From the NCBI GenBank assembly GCA_964403205.1, contig CAYOER010000002.1:4259-68258 (forward strand): a stretch of 64,000 bases of DNA, given 5' to 3'. How positions within the stretch are numbered: the first letter of the stretch is position 1; each line of letters opens with the position of its first letter. The position numbers and the translations under genes were made by a program. Of the stretch, positions 48,587-58,656 are shown piece after piece. Below the pieces are notes generated by a model. That model made no database searches and was not told the origin of the DNA. It saw nothing but the letters and a program-made list of their open reading frames with translations. The DNA is from an uncultured Candidatus Saccharibacteria bacterium (lineage in GTDB: Bacteria > Patescibacteriota > Minisyncoccia > Phycocordibacterales > PALSA-1337).

Positions 48587-49189
48587 ATGAAAAAAACATT
48601 AACTATTATTTTTATTATTTTACTTATAGCGACTTTTGGTATTGTCTGGAAATTTTCAAAAAATGAAGTACAGAAACCTATTATAAGCAGTGATGAACTA
48701 GATAAAACAGATTTGATTCAATTAGACTCTCCCCGTCCTAATCAGATCATCACAAGTCCACTAATTATAAAGGGTAAGGCAAGAGGAACTTGGTTCTTCG
48801 AAGCTAGTTTCCCAATAGACCTAGTGGATTGGGATGGTAGGATAATAGCCCAAGGTATAGCTTCAGCGAAAAGTGATTGGATGACAGAAGACTTCGTCCC
48901 ATTTGAAGCAAGTCTGGATTTTACAATTGATAAAGATGTATACAGTTATAGAGGAGCACTCATTCTTCATAGAGATAATCCTTCTGGTCTACCAGAGAAT
49001 GATGACGCATTGGAGATTCCAATAGAATTTGCCAAGATCATTACATCCCCCACGATGTGCACAGCAGATGCGAAACTCTGTCCCGATGGATCCGCAGTAG
49101 GTCGTATCGGTCCCAACTGTGAGTTCGCACAGTGTCCAAACACCGACAATGGAGGAGGTGGATCAGGAATTGTACCCTTTAAATATTGA
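48587..49189 (+). CDS. Secreted/membrane-anchored protein with a Cys-rich C-terminus
   Basis: N-terminal TM/signal. CTADAKLCPDGSAVGRIGPNCEFAQCPN. Confidence 0.3.
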   Translation: MKKTLTIIFIILLIATFGIVWKFSKNEVQKPIISSDELDKTDLIQLDSPRPNQIITSPLIIKGKARGTWFFEASFPIDLVDWDGRIIAQGIASAKSDWMTEDFVPFEASLDFTIDKDVYSYRGALILHRDNPSGLPENDDALEIPIEFAKIITSPTMCTADAKLCPDGSAVGRIGPNCEFAQCPNTDNGGGGSGIVPFKY

Positions 49190-49274
49190 TTTGTCTTGTG
49201 ATACAGGGATTAGATAATTATATTTTAGATACACTTATTTATTAGAACTTTCATATGATAAATGATATTATATT

Positions 49275-50033
49275 ATGATGAAGAAAATAATTATTTTTGT
49301 TTCAGTTTTAATAATTTTAGTTGCGAGTTATTTATTTTTTAAACAAAATAAATCTATTGGTGGTAATTTTGGTTTAAGTGGTTGTGTAATTGAAGAGAAT
49401 CGTGGAGAAACAGTACCTGTTGACATTGCTCAAGCCGTTGCTCAAAGAAATGTTATTAACAATAACAAACCATATAATTGGGTGCCAGTTGGTTACTATC
49501 CCGTTTATAATAGCTCTGATTCAATTAATTATTATGCATTTGTTTTTAGAAAATCTGATTATTCAAAATTCACGACGTTGGATAGTTTAGAGCAAAATGC
49601 TAGTAATTATTCTGACGGCGATAATAAATACCAATTTAATGATATAGCTTCTGTCTGGACAGGAGCATCTAACGGACAGAAATTGCTAATGCGTCATTAT
49701 CGCGGTATTCCAGAAATTGTTGCTGAAAAGATGAAAATCAAGAATTTTATCAATGATAAGTACCAAGATAAAACTATTGGTAATATTATTGCTGATTCTG
49801 AAGCTGGTAAGATGTATTTTGATATTGTTAATAAATCAGGTGGTAAATCGACTGGTAATATTATAGGTCTTGATTATTCAATAGTTTCAAAGAAAGAGCT
49901 AATTAATAATCAGGAGAAAATAGAAGAAAAACGATATGCTGGTTTAAGTGGTGATAGATGCGACAAAATGAAACGAGCTATACTAGAAAGAGACACTGAT
50001 TTTATGAGACAGTGGAGTGAAGCTGGTAATTAA
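49275..50033 (+). CDS. Membrane-anchored hypothetical protein (252 aa)
   Basis: N-terminal TM helix. No motifs recognised. Confidence 0.3.
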   Translation: MMKKIIIFVSVLIILVASYLFFKQNKSIGGNFGLSGCVIEENRGETVPVDIAQAVAQRNVINNNKPYNWVPVGYYPVYNSSDSINYYAFVFRKSDYSKFTTLDSLEQNASNYSDGDNKYQFNDIASVWTGASNGQKLLMRHYRGIPEIVAEKMKIKNFINDKYQDKTIGNIIADSEAGKMYFDIVNKSGGKSTGNIIGLDYSIVSKKELINNQEKIEEKRYAGLSGDRCDKMKRAILERDTDFMRQWSEAGN

Positions 50034-50058
50034 AATAGATAATACTCCGTTTATGCTA

Positions 50059-50167
50059 TACTAAAACCATGCAAAGAATAGCTACACGCGTATTTATATA
50101 TTCATCAATCGCCTTTGGTATTATCGGACTGCTTATTGTTTTTACGAGTTCTGGACCGGACCATATG
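50059..50167 (+). repeat. About 109-bp direct duplication (about 90% identical) of 48356..48464
   Basis: tactaaaaccatgcaaagaatagctacacgcgtatttatatattcatcaatcgcctttggtattatcggactgcttattgtttttacgagttctggaccggaccatatg compared with the copy at 48356. Confidence 0.8.
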
Positions 50168-50305
50168 TCATTTTGAGATTCCAATAAAATTTGCCAGATC
50201 ACCACTGTAATAAATCACTAGCTAATACGGCAATATAATATGTCAAACTATAAATGACATTGAGTTGGTCTATTTTATTAACATTATAATCAAATAATAA
50301 AAATT

Positions 50306-50590
50306 ATGTCTTCATCATTATTCAAAGCTGATATTTTTTTCTTCATATCTTCTATAGCAACGATCGTATTTACAATCTTGACTTCTATTCTATTGATATA
50401 TCTCATCAAAGCTGGGAGAAATCTATACAAACTTTCAGAAACTCTGAAGAGTAGCTATAGCGATTCGGAAGAATTCATCGGAGAACTCAAGGAACGTCTA
50501 GAAAACAATATGGTATTCCGAATGTTCTTTCCTCCCCTCCGCAAAAGACGAATATCAAAATCAAATGATGATAGTACAAAAAATAATTAA
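50306..50590 (+). CDS. Small membrane protein (94 aa)
   Basis: One N-terminal TM helix. Confidence 0.3.
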   Translation: MSSSLFKADIFFFISSIATIVFTILTSILLIYLIKAGRNLYKLSETLKSSYSDSEEFIGELKERLENNMVFRMFFPPLRKRRISKSNDDSTKNN

Positions 50591-50616
50591 TTATTAGCAT
50601 TTAATAACAAAAGTAA

Positions 50617-50958
50617 ATGAAAAATAAAATAATAAAAAAGAGCTCTGGCACAGCAAAATATGTTGCAATCGGTGCTAGCATCGCTGGTATAGCGGCTGCA
50701 TATTTCTTCCTCGGCCCAAAAGGTAAAATAAATCAGAGAAAGACAAAGGCTTGGGCGATAAAAATGAAAGCAGATGTTGTAGAGAAACTCGAAGAAGTTC
50801 GTGATATGAGCGAACCTGTATATCATCAGATCATTGACACTATAGCAAAGGAATATGAGGAGAAGAAAAAAGTTGGCCGTGAAGAAATCCAATCATTGGC
50901 GATGGATTTGAAAAAACATTGGAAGACGATCAGTAAAGAGATTGGGATTGGGAAGTAA
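50617..50958 (+). CDS. YtxH-like (DUF948) membrane-anchored stress protein
   Basis: N-terminal TM helix followed by a charged helical region (KADVVEKLEEVRDMSEPVYHQIIDTIAKEYEEKKK). Confidence 0.35.
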   Translation: MKNKIIKKSSGTAKYVAIGASIAGIAAAYFFLGPKGKINQRKTKAWAIKMKADVVEKLEEVRDMSEPVYHQIIDTIAKEYEEKKKVGREEIQSLAMDLKKHWKTISKEIGIGK

Positions 50959-50979
50959 TATAGGATATAATTTATCCTT

Positions 50980-51924
50980 ATGAAATCATACAGAATAAAT
51001 TCGTTTAATAGCATATTAATCATATTATTAATACTCGGCTTTGGTTATTATTATGAAAAAGCAGAAATTGATTATGCTTTTTCATCATTATTAAATAAAA
51101 TACAACCTTGTAAAAGACCAATAACATATTCTATTGGAGAACTAGATACACGTTTCGGTCTAACAGAAACAGAAGTATTAAATGAAATAAAAAAGGCAGA
51201 AAAAATATGGGAATCTTCAATTGATAAACAATTATTCGAATATTCACCTACAGGAAAATTGAAGATAAACTTTATTTATGATTATAGACAGAGAGCGACA
51301 AATGCTATGGAAGATGTGGGTATAGTGATCGATGATAATAAATCTAATTATGATGTATTGAAAGCAAAACGTGATTCACTTATCATTTCATATAATAAAG
51401 AGAAAGCAAAAATTGAGTCTTTAATAAAAGATTATACTGCAAATAAAAGTATTTATGAGAAAAGCGTTAGTAATTGGAATAATCAAAAAAGAGGGAGTGA
51501 AGAACAATATAATATATTGGAAAAAGAAAGAATTGCTTTGAATAATAAGGCTAAAGCGATAACAGAAGCAGAGAGATCTATTAATCAATTAGCTGAAGCA
51601 ATAAATTCAACTGGAATAATTCTCAATAAATTAATTGTCACATTGAATCTTAATGTAGAAAAATACAATACAATAGGAGCGAGTACAGGTGAGAAATTCG
51701 ACGAAGGAGAATATATAAGCGACTCCAGTGGAGCAACAATTAATATTTTCCAATACGATAGTGCCAATAGACTCTTGAGAGTTCTGGCTCATGAATTTGG
51801 ACATGCACTCGGGCTAGGACATATAGATAATACAAAAGCTATAATGTATTATCTGAATGAGGGTATGAATGATGAATTGACAATAGATGATATAAATGCC
51901 CTAAAAGAGGTGTGTAAAATATAA
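50980..51924 (+). CDS. Membrane-anchored metzincin (matrixin/M10-like) zinc metalloprotease
   Basis: HEFGHALGLGHIDNTKAIMY: HExxHxxGxxH plus a Met-turn. A long coiled-coil linker precedes it. Confidence 0.6.
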   Translation: MKSYRINSFNSILIILLILGFGYYYEKAEIDYAFSSLLNKIQPCKRPITYSIGELDTRFGLTETEVLNEIKKAEKIWESSIDKQLFEYSPTGKLKINFIYDYRQRATNAMEDVGIVIDDNKSNYDVLKAKRDSLIISYNKEKAKIESLIKDYTANKSIYEKSVSNWNNQKRGSEEQYNILEKERIALNNKAKAITEAERSINQLAEAINSTGIILNKLIVTLNLNVEKYNTIGASTGEKFDEGEYISDSSGATINIFQYDSANRLLRVLAHEFGHALGLGHIDNTKAIMYYLNEGMNDELTIDDINALKEVCKI

Positions 51925-52064
51925 TAGATAAATATCTTTATAAATAAGTAATTACATGATCATTGACACAGGCAATAAACTGTGATATCTTCTAATAAAT
52001 AGCACAGAGTAGGAATCAGTAGACCTGCTCAGAAAACAAAAAACAATCAAAAAGAAGACTGATT

Positions 52065-52823
52065 ATGTATAATCAAAAGTTAGCTTTTGTAACCGGTGCA
52101 ACATCTGGTATCGGCAGAGCAATAGTCATCGAACTGATTCAGATGGACTATCATGTTGTAGCAATAGGTAGAGACGATAACCGGTTGAGAGAATTGAAGG
52201 AGATGTTTCGACCAGAAGTCATCGCTACCATCAAGGTTGATGTATGCGACTTTGAAACTCTCGATAAGATTATCAGGGCACAGAATATCTACTTTGATCT
52301 AGTTGTCCATTCGGCCGGTATTCTAAGAATCGGGTCACTGGATAATACTACAAGAGAAGATGCATGGATCTGCATGGAGACGAATTATCATGGTACTGTA
52401 AATGTTATAACAGCTCTGCGACATCATATCAAGACTGGAGGACATATTGCAGTTGTGAGTTCAATCGGATGTTTGACTGTTCTTCCTGGAGGCTTCGCCT
52501 CTTATGCATCCTCAAAAAGTGCAATCGCAACTTTCTGTGAGCATATCCGAGATGAACTCAGGATGAAAGGCATTCGTCTCACTGTAGTCTATCCATCGAT
52601 TATCGCTACACCAATGATCAAAAACATTGAAAGTACTTTGCCACCTGTCTACAGAGCCTTCGGATGGCACAGTGCTGAACATGAAGCAAGGCAGATCATT
52701 AGTGACACTTTGAGAGGAAGGAAGACCTCCTTTACAACCTTCTCTGATCGTCTACTGTCTATGATTGCCAATTTGGCACCGAGAACATTCAGAGGGATCC
52801 TGACTTGGTGGATTAACCGATAG
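52065..52823 (+). CDS. Short-chain dehydrogenase/reductase (SDR)
   Basis: VTGATSGIGRAIV (TGxxxGIG), YASSKSA (YxxxK). Confidence 0.8.
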   Translation: MYNQKLAFVTGATSGIGRAIVIELIQMDYHVVAIGRDDNRLRELKEMFRPEVIATIKVDVCDFETLDKIIRAQNIYFDLVVHSAGILRIGSLDNTTREDAWICMETNYHGTVNVITALRHHIKTGGHIAVVSSIGCLTVLPGGFASYASSKSAIATFCEHIRDELRMKGIRLTVVYPSIIATPMIKNIESTLPPVYRAFGWHSAEHEARQIISDTLRGRKTSFTTFSDRLLSMIANLAPRTFRGILTWWINR

Positions 52824-52834
52824 CGATTAGTAAC

Positions 52835-52884
52835 CTGCCCGAACATGAACCCCCCAGCCTCACATTCGCTGGCGGGTTTTTTTT
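52835..52884 (+). terminator. Conserved terminator module, copy 4 (subtype 2: aaccccccagcctcacattcgctggcgggtttt)
   Basis: 34 bp nearly identical to 54228-54261. Confidence 0.5.
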
Positions 52885-52969
52885 ATATTAAATTACTCAT
52901 ATTTATTTCCTTGTCTTTCTCCATATTTTGCAGTAATATTCAAATCAGAACAAGAGAAAGAACCTGACT

Positions 52970-53449
52970 ATGAAAAACCGAATGGTTAATGCAGTAGCGG
53001 TTTATTTGATTTTACGACGTCTTGACGGTGATATTCTGATTATGAGACGTTTCAATACAGGTTATATGGATGGTATGTATCATCCATGTTCTGGACATGT
53101 CGAAATGAGAGAACTTCCAACCGAAGCCATGATCCGTGAAGCCAAAGAAGAAATCGGAATTGTACTTAAAAGAGAAGATCTCGCGCTCATTCATATATCT
53201 GCTCGTCCTAAGCATGATGAGACAGGTAATCGTATCGATATGTTCTATCTAGCCACACGCTGGCGAGGAAGACCAAAAATCATGGAGTCAGATAAATGTG
53301 ACGATATGAGATGGTCGTCACCTGATAATTTACCAGAGAATTTTGTCCCTCATATGGCACATTGTATTGCATTGAGTAGAAATGGGATACTATGTTCAGA
53401 GTTTGATCTGACATGGATTAAATCTCATACTGTTTACGAGATCAAGTAA
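52970..53449 (+). CDS. NUDIX hydrolase
   Basis: Canonical Nudix box GHVEMRELPTEAMIREAKEEIGI. Confidence 0.75.
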   Translation: MKNRMVNAVAVYLILRRLDGDILIMRRFNTGYMDGMYHPCSGHVEMRELPTEAMIREAKEEIGIVLKREDLALIHISARPKHDETGNRIDMFYLATRWRGRPKIMESDKCDDMRWSSPDNLPENFVPHMAHCIALSRNGILCSEFDLTWIKSHTVYEIK

Positions 53450-53464
53450 ACACCAGCAGATACC

Positions 53465-53518
53465 CACCCCAAACTCGAAAGCCCACTAGCCCATAGTCCG
53501 CTGGCGGGTTTTTCTTTT
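53465..53518 (+). terminator. Conserved terminator module, copy 5 (variant)
   Basis: ...gtccgctggcgggtttttctttt. Confidence 0.45.
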
Positions 53519-53621
53519 ATTCAAATTAGACTTCTATAATTCCCTCGCTGTTCTTGATTTTTACCCATAAAGTATGTAATATCATAAAAGAACAGAAACA
53601 AAGTCAAGGAAAGGTAAAACC

Positions 53622-54200
53622 ATGACACCATTCGTTAGATTACAAACTGCAATCATTAGCATTCTCTTCAAGCTACATAGATATCATCCTGAAGAATTAA
53701 AAAGGCTTGCAAGTGTATACTGTGAGCAAAATCCAAAAGATCTCCATATAACAGATTGGGCATTGTTATATTATCATGGAATCTTGCCATATAGTGCAAA
53801 TGATTGGCCAGAAACTGGATCATTCTTAAAGATATGCGGAGAAATCCTGCATGATCAGATCGATAATACGAGTGAAAATGGAATCACCATCAGGAATCTA
53901 CTCGGTACAGCATTGTCTAACACTTCCCCGATAGACTACAAGACATTCATCTATGATCGTGGTAGTGGTAACAATCGATTGAGAACACACTACTTTTCTC
54001 AGCCACGAGTTCTCAAAAAAGGTGATGTGTTATCAACTGGTGACCGTCTATTATCACCACCTCGTGAAGGTGGAAATGGTTCAGTCCTTCTCCATCTGAC
54101 AGGTGGCATTGATGGACATTGGATATCAATACCGGCACGCTTACCTATCGCTCTTCTGGTCGAAGAACTTCATGCACCACCAAACTTAGTCGAGAAGTAA
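53622..54200 (+). CDS. Hypothetical protein (192 aa)
   Basis: ORF followed by terminator copy 6. Confidence 0.3.
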   Translation: MTPFVRLQTAIISILFKLHRYHPEELKRLASVYCEQNPKDLHITDWALLYYHGILPYSANDWPETGSFLKICGEILHDQIDNTSENGITIRNLLGTALSNTSPIDYKTFIYDRGSGNNRLRTHYFSQPRVLKKGDVLSTGDRLLSPPREGGNGSVLLHLTGGIDGHWISIPARLPIALLVEELHAPPNLVEK

Positions 54201-54228
54201 TACTTGATCAATTATCGACAAAAACCCC

Positions 54229-54265
54229 CAGCCTCACATTCGCTGGCGGGTTTTTCTTTTGTCTG
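54229..54265 (+). terminator. Conserved terminator module, copy 6 (subtype 2)
   Basis: acccccagcctcacattcgctggcgggtttttctttt. Confidence 0.5.
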
Positions 54266-54654
54266 ATTCCCCTATTTCAAATTCAATTTGATTTTTATCT
54301 ATTTGACACATTATATATAAGGTGTTACTATATACGGTAGAAAACATCCACATCGGATCCTTATAAATACCCTCTTACAAGCATATCCCAAGATCAGACT
54401 CTTCACCTGAACCGGAATGCAAAAGTATTAGGGGTTGGACGACAACGGTCCTATATAAGGTAAAAAGTCTTATTGGAGGTACGAGCTATATATTATATCA
54501 GCGCTCTACACCTTTATAAGGTTACAGTTGTACACGCCCCTCGAGGACAATACGGTCCTCGGGGGTTTTCTATTACCCTACATATACCAAAAACACCGTA
54601 CAATTTTCATTGTACTGTGTCTCAGATCCGAGATAGTAATTTAATTAAAAATTA

Positions 54655-55074
54655 TTACCAGCCCAGAAGCCTCAACCAGCCATGTGATGAGAAATCAGCA
54701 TGCATAGCTATCTTGGTTACTGGTCCGAAATATCCTACTGCAGGTGTTACATTCCTTGCAGATTGATAGCTCGCTACTGCATTCTTGGTAAGCTGACCAT
54801 AATAGCCAAATGGTATACCAATAGGCACATTGAGATATCCTAATTCGGACATAAGTCCCTGAAGAACTACAACTCCTTGGCCAGTAGAACCTACTGTAAG
54901 ATTACTATCTACTAGAATATTAGGATATTCAGCAGCATTAACCTTTGAAGTTGGAACTAATAACATAGTCGCAAAAACGAATATGAGACTAGCCCCGACA
55001 ATAACACTAGTTGAAACTTTCAAAACATTTTTTATATTATTCATATATATTATATTAATTTTAATAATTATCAT
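54655..55074 (-). CDS. Membrane-anchored protein with a putative peptidoglycan-binding (PG_binding_1-like) domain
   Basis: N-terminal TM helix. VVVLQGLMSELGYLNVPIGIPFGYYGQLTKNAVASYQ. Confidence 0.45.
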   Translation of the reverse strand: MIIIKINIIYMNNIKNVLKVSTSVIVGASLIFVFATMLLVPTSKVNAAEYPNILVDSNLTVGSTGQGVVVLQGLMSELGYLNVPIGIPFGYYGQLTKNAVASYQSARNVTPAVGYFGPVTKIAMHADFSSHGWLRLLGW

Positions 55075-55157
55075 TAATTGTTAATAGTACAAAGGCTCGA
55101 CCTAATATTTAACCCTCCATAATACTATGATGCCGTACAAGCAAGACAATTATTACA

Positions 55158-55739
55158 CTAAACTTTTTTCAAACTTTCAATATATAATTCAATCTTTCTT
55201 GTTCTCTCCTCTATTTCTGCTTCGAAAACTGTGACATGGCTACTCAGCTTCTCTGCAACTGCCATAACTTCTGTAACATCTTCCATAGCTAGAAGAATGA
55301 TCTCTGGAAAAGATTCTGATGAGGGATGACTTTTATTGAATCTAGAATATATTTGACGAGCATTCAATATAATAACTTTATGACCAATACCAGGAAAATC
55401 ATGATCAACTTCAAATCCTTTAAAGAAAGTATGTTTTGGTAAGATAGTTTCTAGAAGTTTACGTAAAGCAGGAATATCCCATTGACCATTTCCCAATTCA
55501 TATACAATCTTATCTTCTGTATCCCTGGCTTTAACCTGAAATGTTTGATAAAAAGGCTCATTTGCAGCCATAACACGGAAATCCTTATCTAGAATCAATA
55601 TAGGTTCCCGCATAACATCCACCACAGTCCTTATATATGTCCAGCTTTCCTCCCATAATTTCTTGAAGAAATCATTATCAACTGGATTGATTATATCCAG
55701 TATCTTCTTTTTGTTTTTATTTATTTTTTTCATAATCAT
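55158..55739 (-). CDS. PAS-domain protein
   Basis: PILILDKDFRVMAANEPFYQTFQVKARDTEDKIVYELGNGQWDIP is PAS fold-like. Confidence 0.4.
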   Translation of the reverse strand: MIMKKINKNKKKILDIINPVDNDFFKKLWEESWTYIRTVVDVMREPILILDKDFRVMAANEPFYQTFQVKARDTEDKIVYELGNGQWDIPALRKLLETILPKHTFFKGFEVDHDFPGIGHKVIILNARQIYSRFNKSHPSSESFPEIILLAMEDVTEVMAVAEKLSSHVTVFEAEIEERTRKIELYIESLKKV

Positions 55740-55825
55740 ATAGCCGTTATATAGCTTAATCTATTACAATAGACAAGTGACTATAAATTATGGTATAATC
55801 AGCATTAAGTTAAATATTCTCTACT

Positions 55826-56359
55826 ATGAATAAAAAACAAATTATAAAGCAGAAAGCTATATTGACATTGGCACACAATGACTATAATAAAGGTCTTAAT
55901 CTACATGCTTTTTTCAAAATAAATGATCATGATACCGGTGAAGATCTAGTTCAAGAAACCTTTATGAAAACATGGAGATATCTAGTACGAGGTGGAAAAA
56001 TACATATTATAAAAGCTTTTCTATATCATATACTCAATAATCTTATTATAGATGAATATAGAAAACATAAAACTACTTCTCTAGAGACTCTAGCCGAGAA
56101 AGGATTCGATCCACATACTGATGATTCCGAATCAAAGAAAATCTCTAATATTTTAGATGGTAAATCTGCATTCCTATTGATTCATAAACTTCCAAAGATG
56201 TATAGAGAGATTATGCTAATGAAATTTGTTAAGGATCTATCTCTAAAAGAGATTTCTCTTATAACTGGGCAGACAAAAAATGCTATAACAGTGAAAGTAC
56301 ATCGTGGTCTAGCAAAACTAAGGATATTATATAGAGCCCCAGCGATTACTAGTATTTGA
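55826..56359 (+). CDS. ECF-type sigma-70 family RNA polymerase sigma factor
   Basis: Region 2 (LVQETFMKTWRYL) and a region 4 HTH (LSLKEISLITGQTKNAITVKVHRGLAKLR). Confidence 0.7.
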   Translation: MNKKQIIKQKAILTLAHNDYNKGLNLHAFFKINDHDTGEDLVQETFMKTWRYLVRGGKIHIIKAFLYHILNNLIIDEYRKHKTTSLETLAEKGFDPHTDDSESKKISNILDGKSAFLLIHKLPKMYREIMLMKFVKDLSLKEISLITGQTKNAITVKVHRGLAKLRILYRAPAITSI

Positions 56360-56378
56360 TAAATTTCTAATATCTGAG

Positions 56379-56600
56379 ATGAGAGAAAAAATACAGAAAA
56401 TAATAGATAAAATAAGACCATATATACAGATGCATGGTGGTGATGTTTTCCTTATTGGTATAAGAGGCGGTACAGTTACCTTGAAAGTAACAGGGAGTTG
56501 TTCACATTGTTCTTTGAAAAATCTGACGTATAATAACATGTTGGGAAGTATACTCAGGCAGGAAATTCCTGAGATTAAAAAAATTATTATTAAGAGTTAA
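56379..56600 (+). CDS. NifU-like (Nfu) Fe-S cluster scaffold domain protein
   Basis: IRPYIQMHGGDVFLIGIRGGTVTLKVTGSCSHCS (CxxC). Confidence 0.55.
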   Translation: MREKIQKIIDKIRPYIQMHGGDVFLIGIRGGTVTLKVTGSCSHCSLKNLTYNNMLGSILRQEIPEIKKIIIKS

Positions 56601-56634
56601 TTGTGAATTATTTAATATAAAAAAATAAAATATT

Positions 56635-56895
56635 ATGGCAAATACAAAAGAATATGCGCGCAATAAAGAAGGTTCTAATATTGCAAAGATAGTGATAGAT
56701 AGAGATCTATGTATCAGTGCTGCTTCATGTATAGCGATAGCAGGTGCAACATATGCACTAGACAATGAAAATAAAGCAATAATAATAGATGCAAATGTAA
56801 TAGATGATCAGACACTTATGGCATCAGCAGAGTCTTGTCCAACAAAAGCAATATTTCTATTTGATAAAGAAGGAAAAAAACTATTTCCAAATTAA
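56635..56895 (+). CDS. Small ferredoxin
   Basis: DRDLCISAASCIAIAG...AESCPTKAIF, the Cys pattern of single-cluster ferredoxins. Confidence 0.5.
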   Translation: MANTKEYARNKEGSNIAKIVIDRDLCISAASCIAIAGATYALDNENKAIIIDANVIDDQTLMASAESCPTKAIFLFDKEGKKLFPN

Positions 56896-56904
56896 TATAA
56901 ATAT

Positions 56905-58146
56905 ATGAATGAATCATATAAATATTTGATTATAGGTGGTGGTGCATCTGGAACTACAGCAGGAGAAACAATAAGACAGAAAGATCCCGAAGGAAGCATA
57001 GCTATAGTGAGCGATGAAGCTCATGCATTGTATTCACGTGTAATGCTATCAAAGCCGAACTTTTTCCTAGAAAAGATACCATTTGAACAGATATTCATGA
57101 AGGGTGATGAATGGTATAAGAAAAATAAAATTGCATTTTTAAATAATGAAACATCTATTAAACTAGATAAAGACAGTAGAACAATAACTCTAAAAAGTGG
57201 TAAGGAAATATCATATGAAAAGTTATTATTAGCGACTGGTGTCCGAGCAAGACCATGGAAAGTCTCTGGCAGTGATAAGAGGGGTATATATTCCCTACGA
57301 ACATTGGAAGATGGTAAAGCCATAATAGATGCAATAAAGACCGCGAAAAGTGCTGTAGTCATCGGTGGTGGCTTCATAGGGTTCGAAATGGCAGATCTTA
57401 TGAAATTGGCAGGACTAGAAACGACCATGCTATTACGTGAATCATATTTCTGGGAACCCACACTAGATAGAGCATCAGGTGAAATGATAGAAAATGCTTT
57501 AACTAAGGCGGGTATAAAGATAATAAAAAATGCTGAAGTAGCTGAAGTTATAGGTAATGATCATGTAGAAGAAGTAATATTGAAAGACGGTACAAAAATA
57601 AAATGTGAAATAGTAATAGCCGGAGTAGGAGTAGTACCTCCAGCCATGGACTGGCTCAAGGAAGCAGGTATAGATATAAAAAGTGGTATCCTAGCAAATG
57701 AGTATCTAGAAACAAATGCCCCACATATCTATACTGCCGGAGATATTGCAGAATATAAAGATCTAATTCTAGAAGAAAATATACAATTAGGAAACTGGGT
57801 GAATGCCCGTGAACAAGGACGTATAGCAGGACTCAATATGGTAGGGATAAAAACTCCTTTCAAATTCGTATCATTCTATACAACACAAGGCATGAATATA
57901 AATATTGCTTTTATCGGTGATGCTAGAGCATTACCAGATCGTATAATGATACAGCGTGGTTCTCCAGAAATAAACTCCTATGCACGTATACTCATAGTAG
58001 GTAAGGAGCTCGTAGGAGTGACTATGATAAACAGAACTTCAGAACTGACTCCCCTAGCCAAGATTATAGAAAAAAATATAGATGTTTCAGATAAATATAA
58101 AGAATTAGCAGATCCTAATTTCGATTTAAAAAATCTAATAATATAA
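56905..58146 (+). CDS. FAD-dependent pyridine nucleotide-disulfide oxidoreductase (likely diaphorase partner of the hydrogenase)
   Basis: Two Rossmann dinucleotide motifs, IIGGGASGTTAGE and VVIGGGFIGFEMA. Directly upstream of the hydrogenase subunit genes. Confidence 0.65.
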   Translation: MNESYKYLIIGGGASGTTAGETIRQKDPEGSIAIVSDEAHALYSRVMLSKPNFFLEKIPFEQIFMKGDEWYKKNKIAFLNNETSIKLDKDSRTITLKSGKEISYEKLLLATGVRARPWKVSGSDKRGIYSLRTLEDGKAIIDAIKTAKSAVVIGGGFIGFEMADLMKLAGLETTMLLRESYFWEPTLDRASGEMIENALTKAGIKIIKNAEVAEVIGNDHVEEVILKDGTKIKCEIVIAGVGVVPPAMDWLKEAGIDIKSGILANEYLETNAPHIYTAGDIAEYKDLILEENIQLGNWVNAREQGRIAGLNMVGIKTPFKFVSFYTTQGMNINIAFIGDARALPDRIMIQRGSPEINSYARILIVGKELVGVTMINRTSELTPLAKIIEKNIDVSDKYKELADPNFDLKNLII

Positions 58147-58152
58147 TCAAAT

Positions 58153-58647
58153 ATGGAAAAAGTAGAAAAAATAAAATTAGGTTGGTTCTCCTATTCATGC
58201 TGTGAAGATAGTACAGTAGTTCTTACAGAGATTATGAACGATCATTGGCAAGAATGGAAAAAGATATTTGATTTCCGACATGTACGAGTATTGAAGTCAA
58301 AAAATATAATGGACGAATTTGACATAGCATGTATAGAAGGAGCTATAGCTTCTCCAGCACACGAAGAGGAAGTAAAGAAAATAAGAAGCATATCAAAAAG
58401 AGTAGTAGCTATAGGTGCTTGTGCTGTGATAGGGCTACCCGCAGGACAGAGGAATACCTTCACACCAGATCAGAAAGCTAGTATTGATTTCCTCATTACA
58501 CGTTTCGGCTCATTACCAATGGTGAAGAAATTATCAGAAGTTGTAAAAGTAGATGCAGAAGTACCAGGATGCCCTATGGATCCGAAAATGTTCCTAGAGA
58601 AAATCACAGCATTAGTAACAGAGTTTCAAAAAACTAAATTTAAATAA
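58153..58647 (+). CDS. [NiFe]-hydrogenase small subunit (group 3 delta-like, NuoB-type)
   Basis: SYSCCEDS (CxxC proximal cluster ligands). GACAVIGLPAG. EVPGCPMDP (GCPP-like). Confidence 0.6.
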   Translation: MEKVEKIKLGWFSYSCCEDSTVVLTEIMNDHWQEWKKIFDFRHVRVLKSKNIMDEFDIACIEGAIASPAHEEEVKKIRSISKRVVAIGACAVIGLPAGQRNTFTPDQKASIDFLITRFGSLPMVKKLSEVVKVDAEVPGCPMDPKMFLEKITALVTEFQKTKFK

Positions 58648-58656
58648 ATAAAATAT

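Noticed and set aside
46547-54265. Calling the conserved terminator modules integron attC sites
   Set aside because: No IntI-like tyrosine recombinase or attI is present. The repeats lack the RYYYAAC/GTTRRRY core pairs and are followed by T-runs like intrinsic terminators. The organisation is noted as cassette-like only.
54300-54650. ORF-free 350-bp region after the last terminator module, with a cccctcgagga...tcctcggggg hairpin (54535-54575) and the 97-aa ORF 54473..54766
   Set aside because: The ORF has no motifs and overlaps the convergent PG-binding gene. The region is more likely intergenic with a bidirectional terminator. Not enough evidence for an RNA gene.
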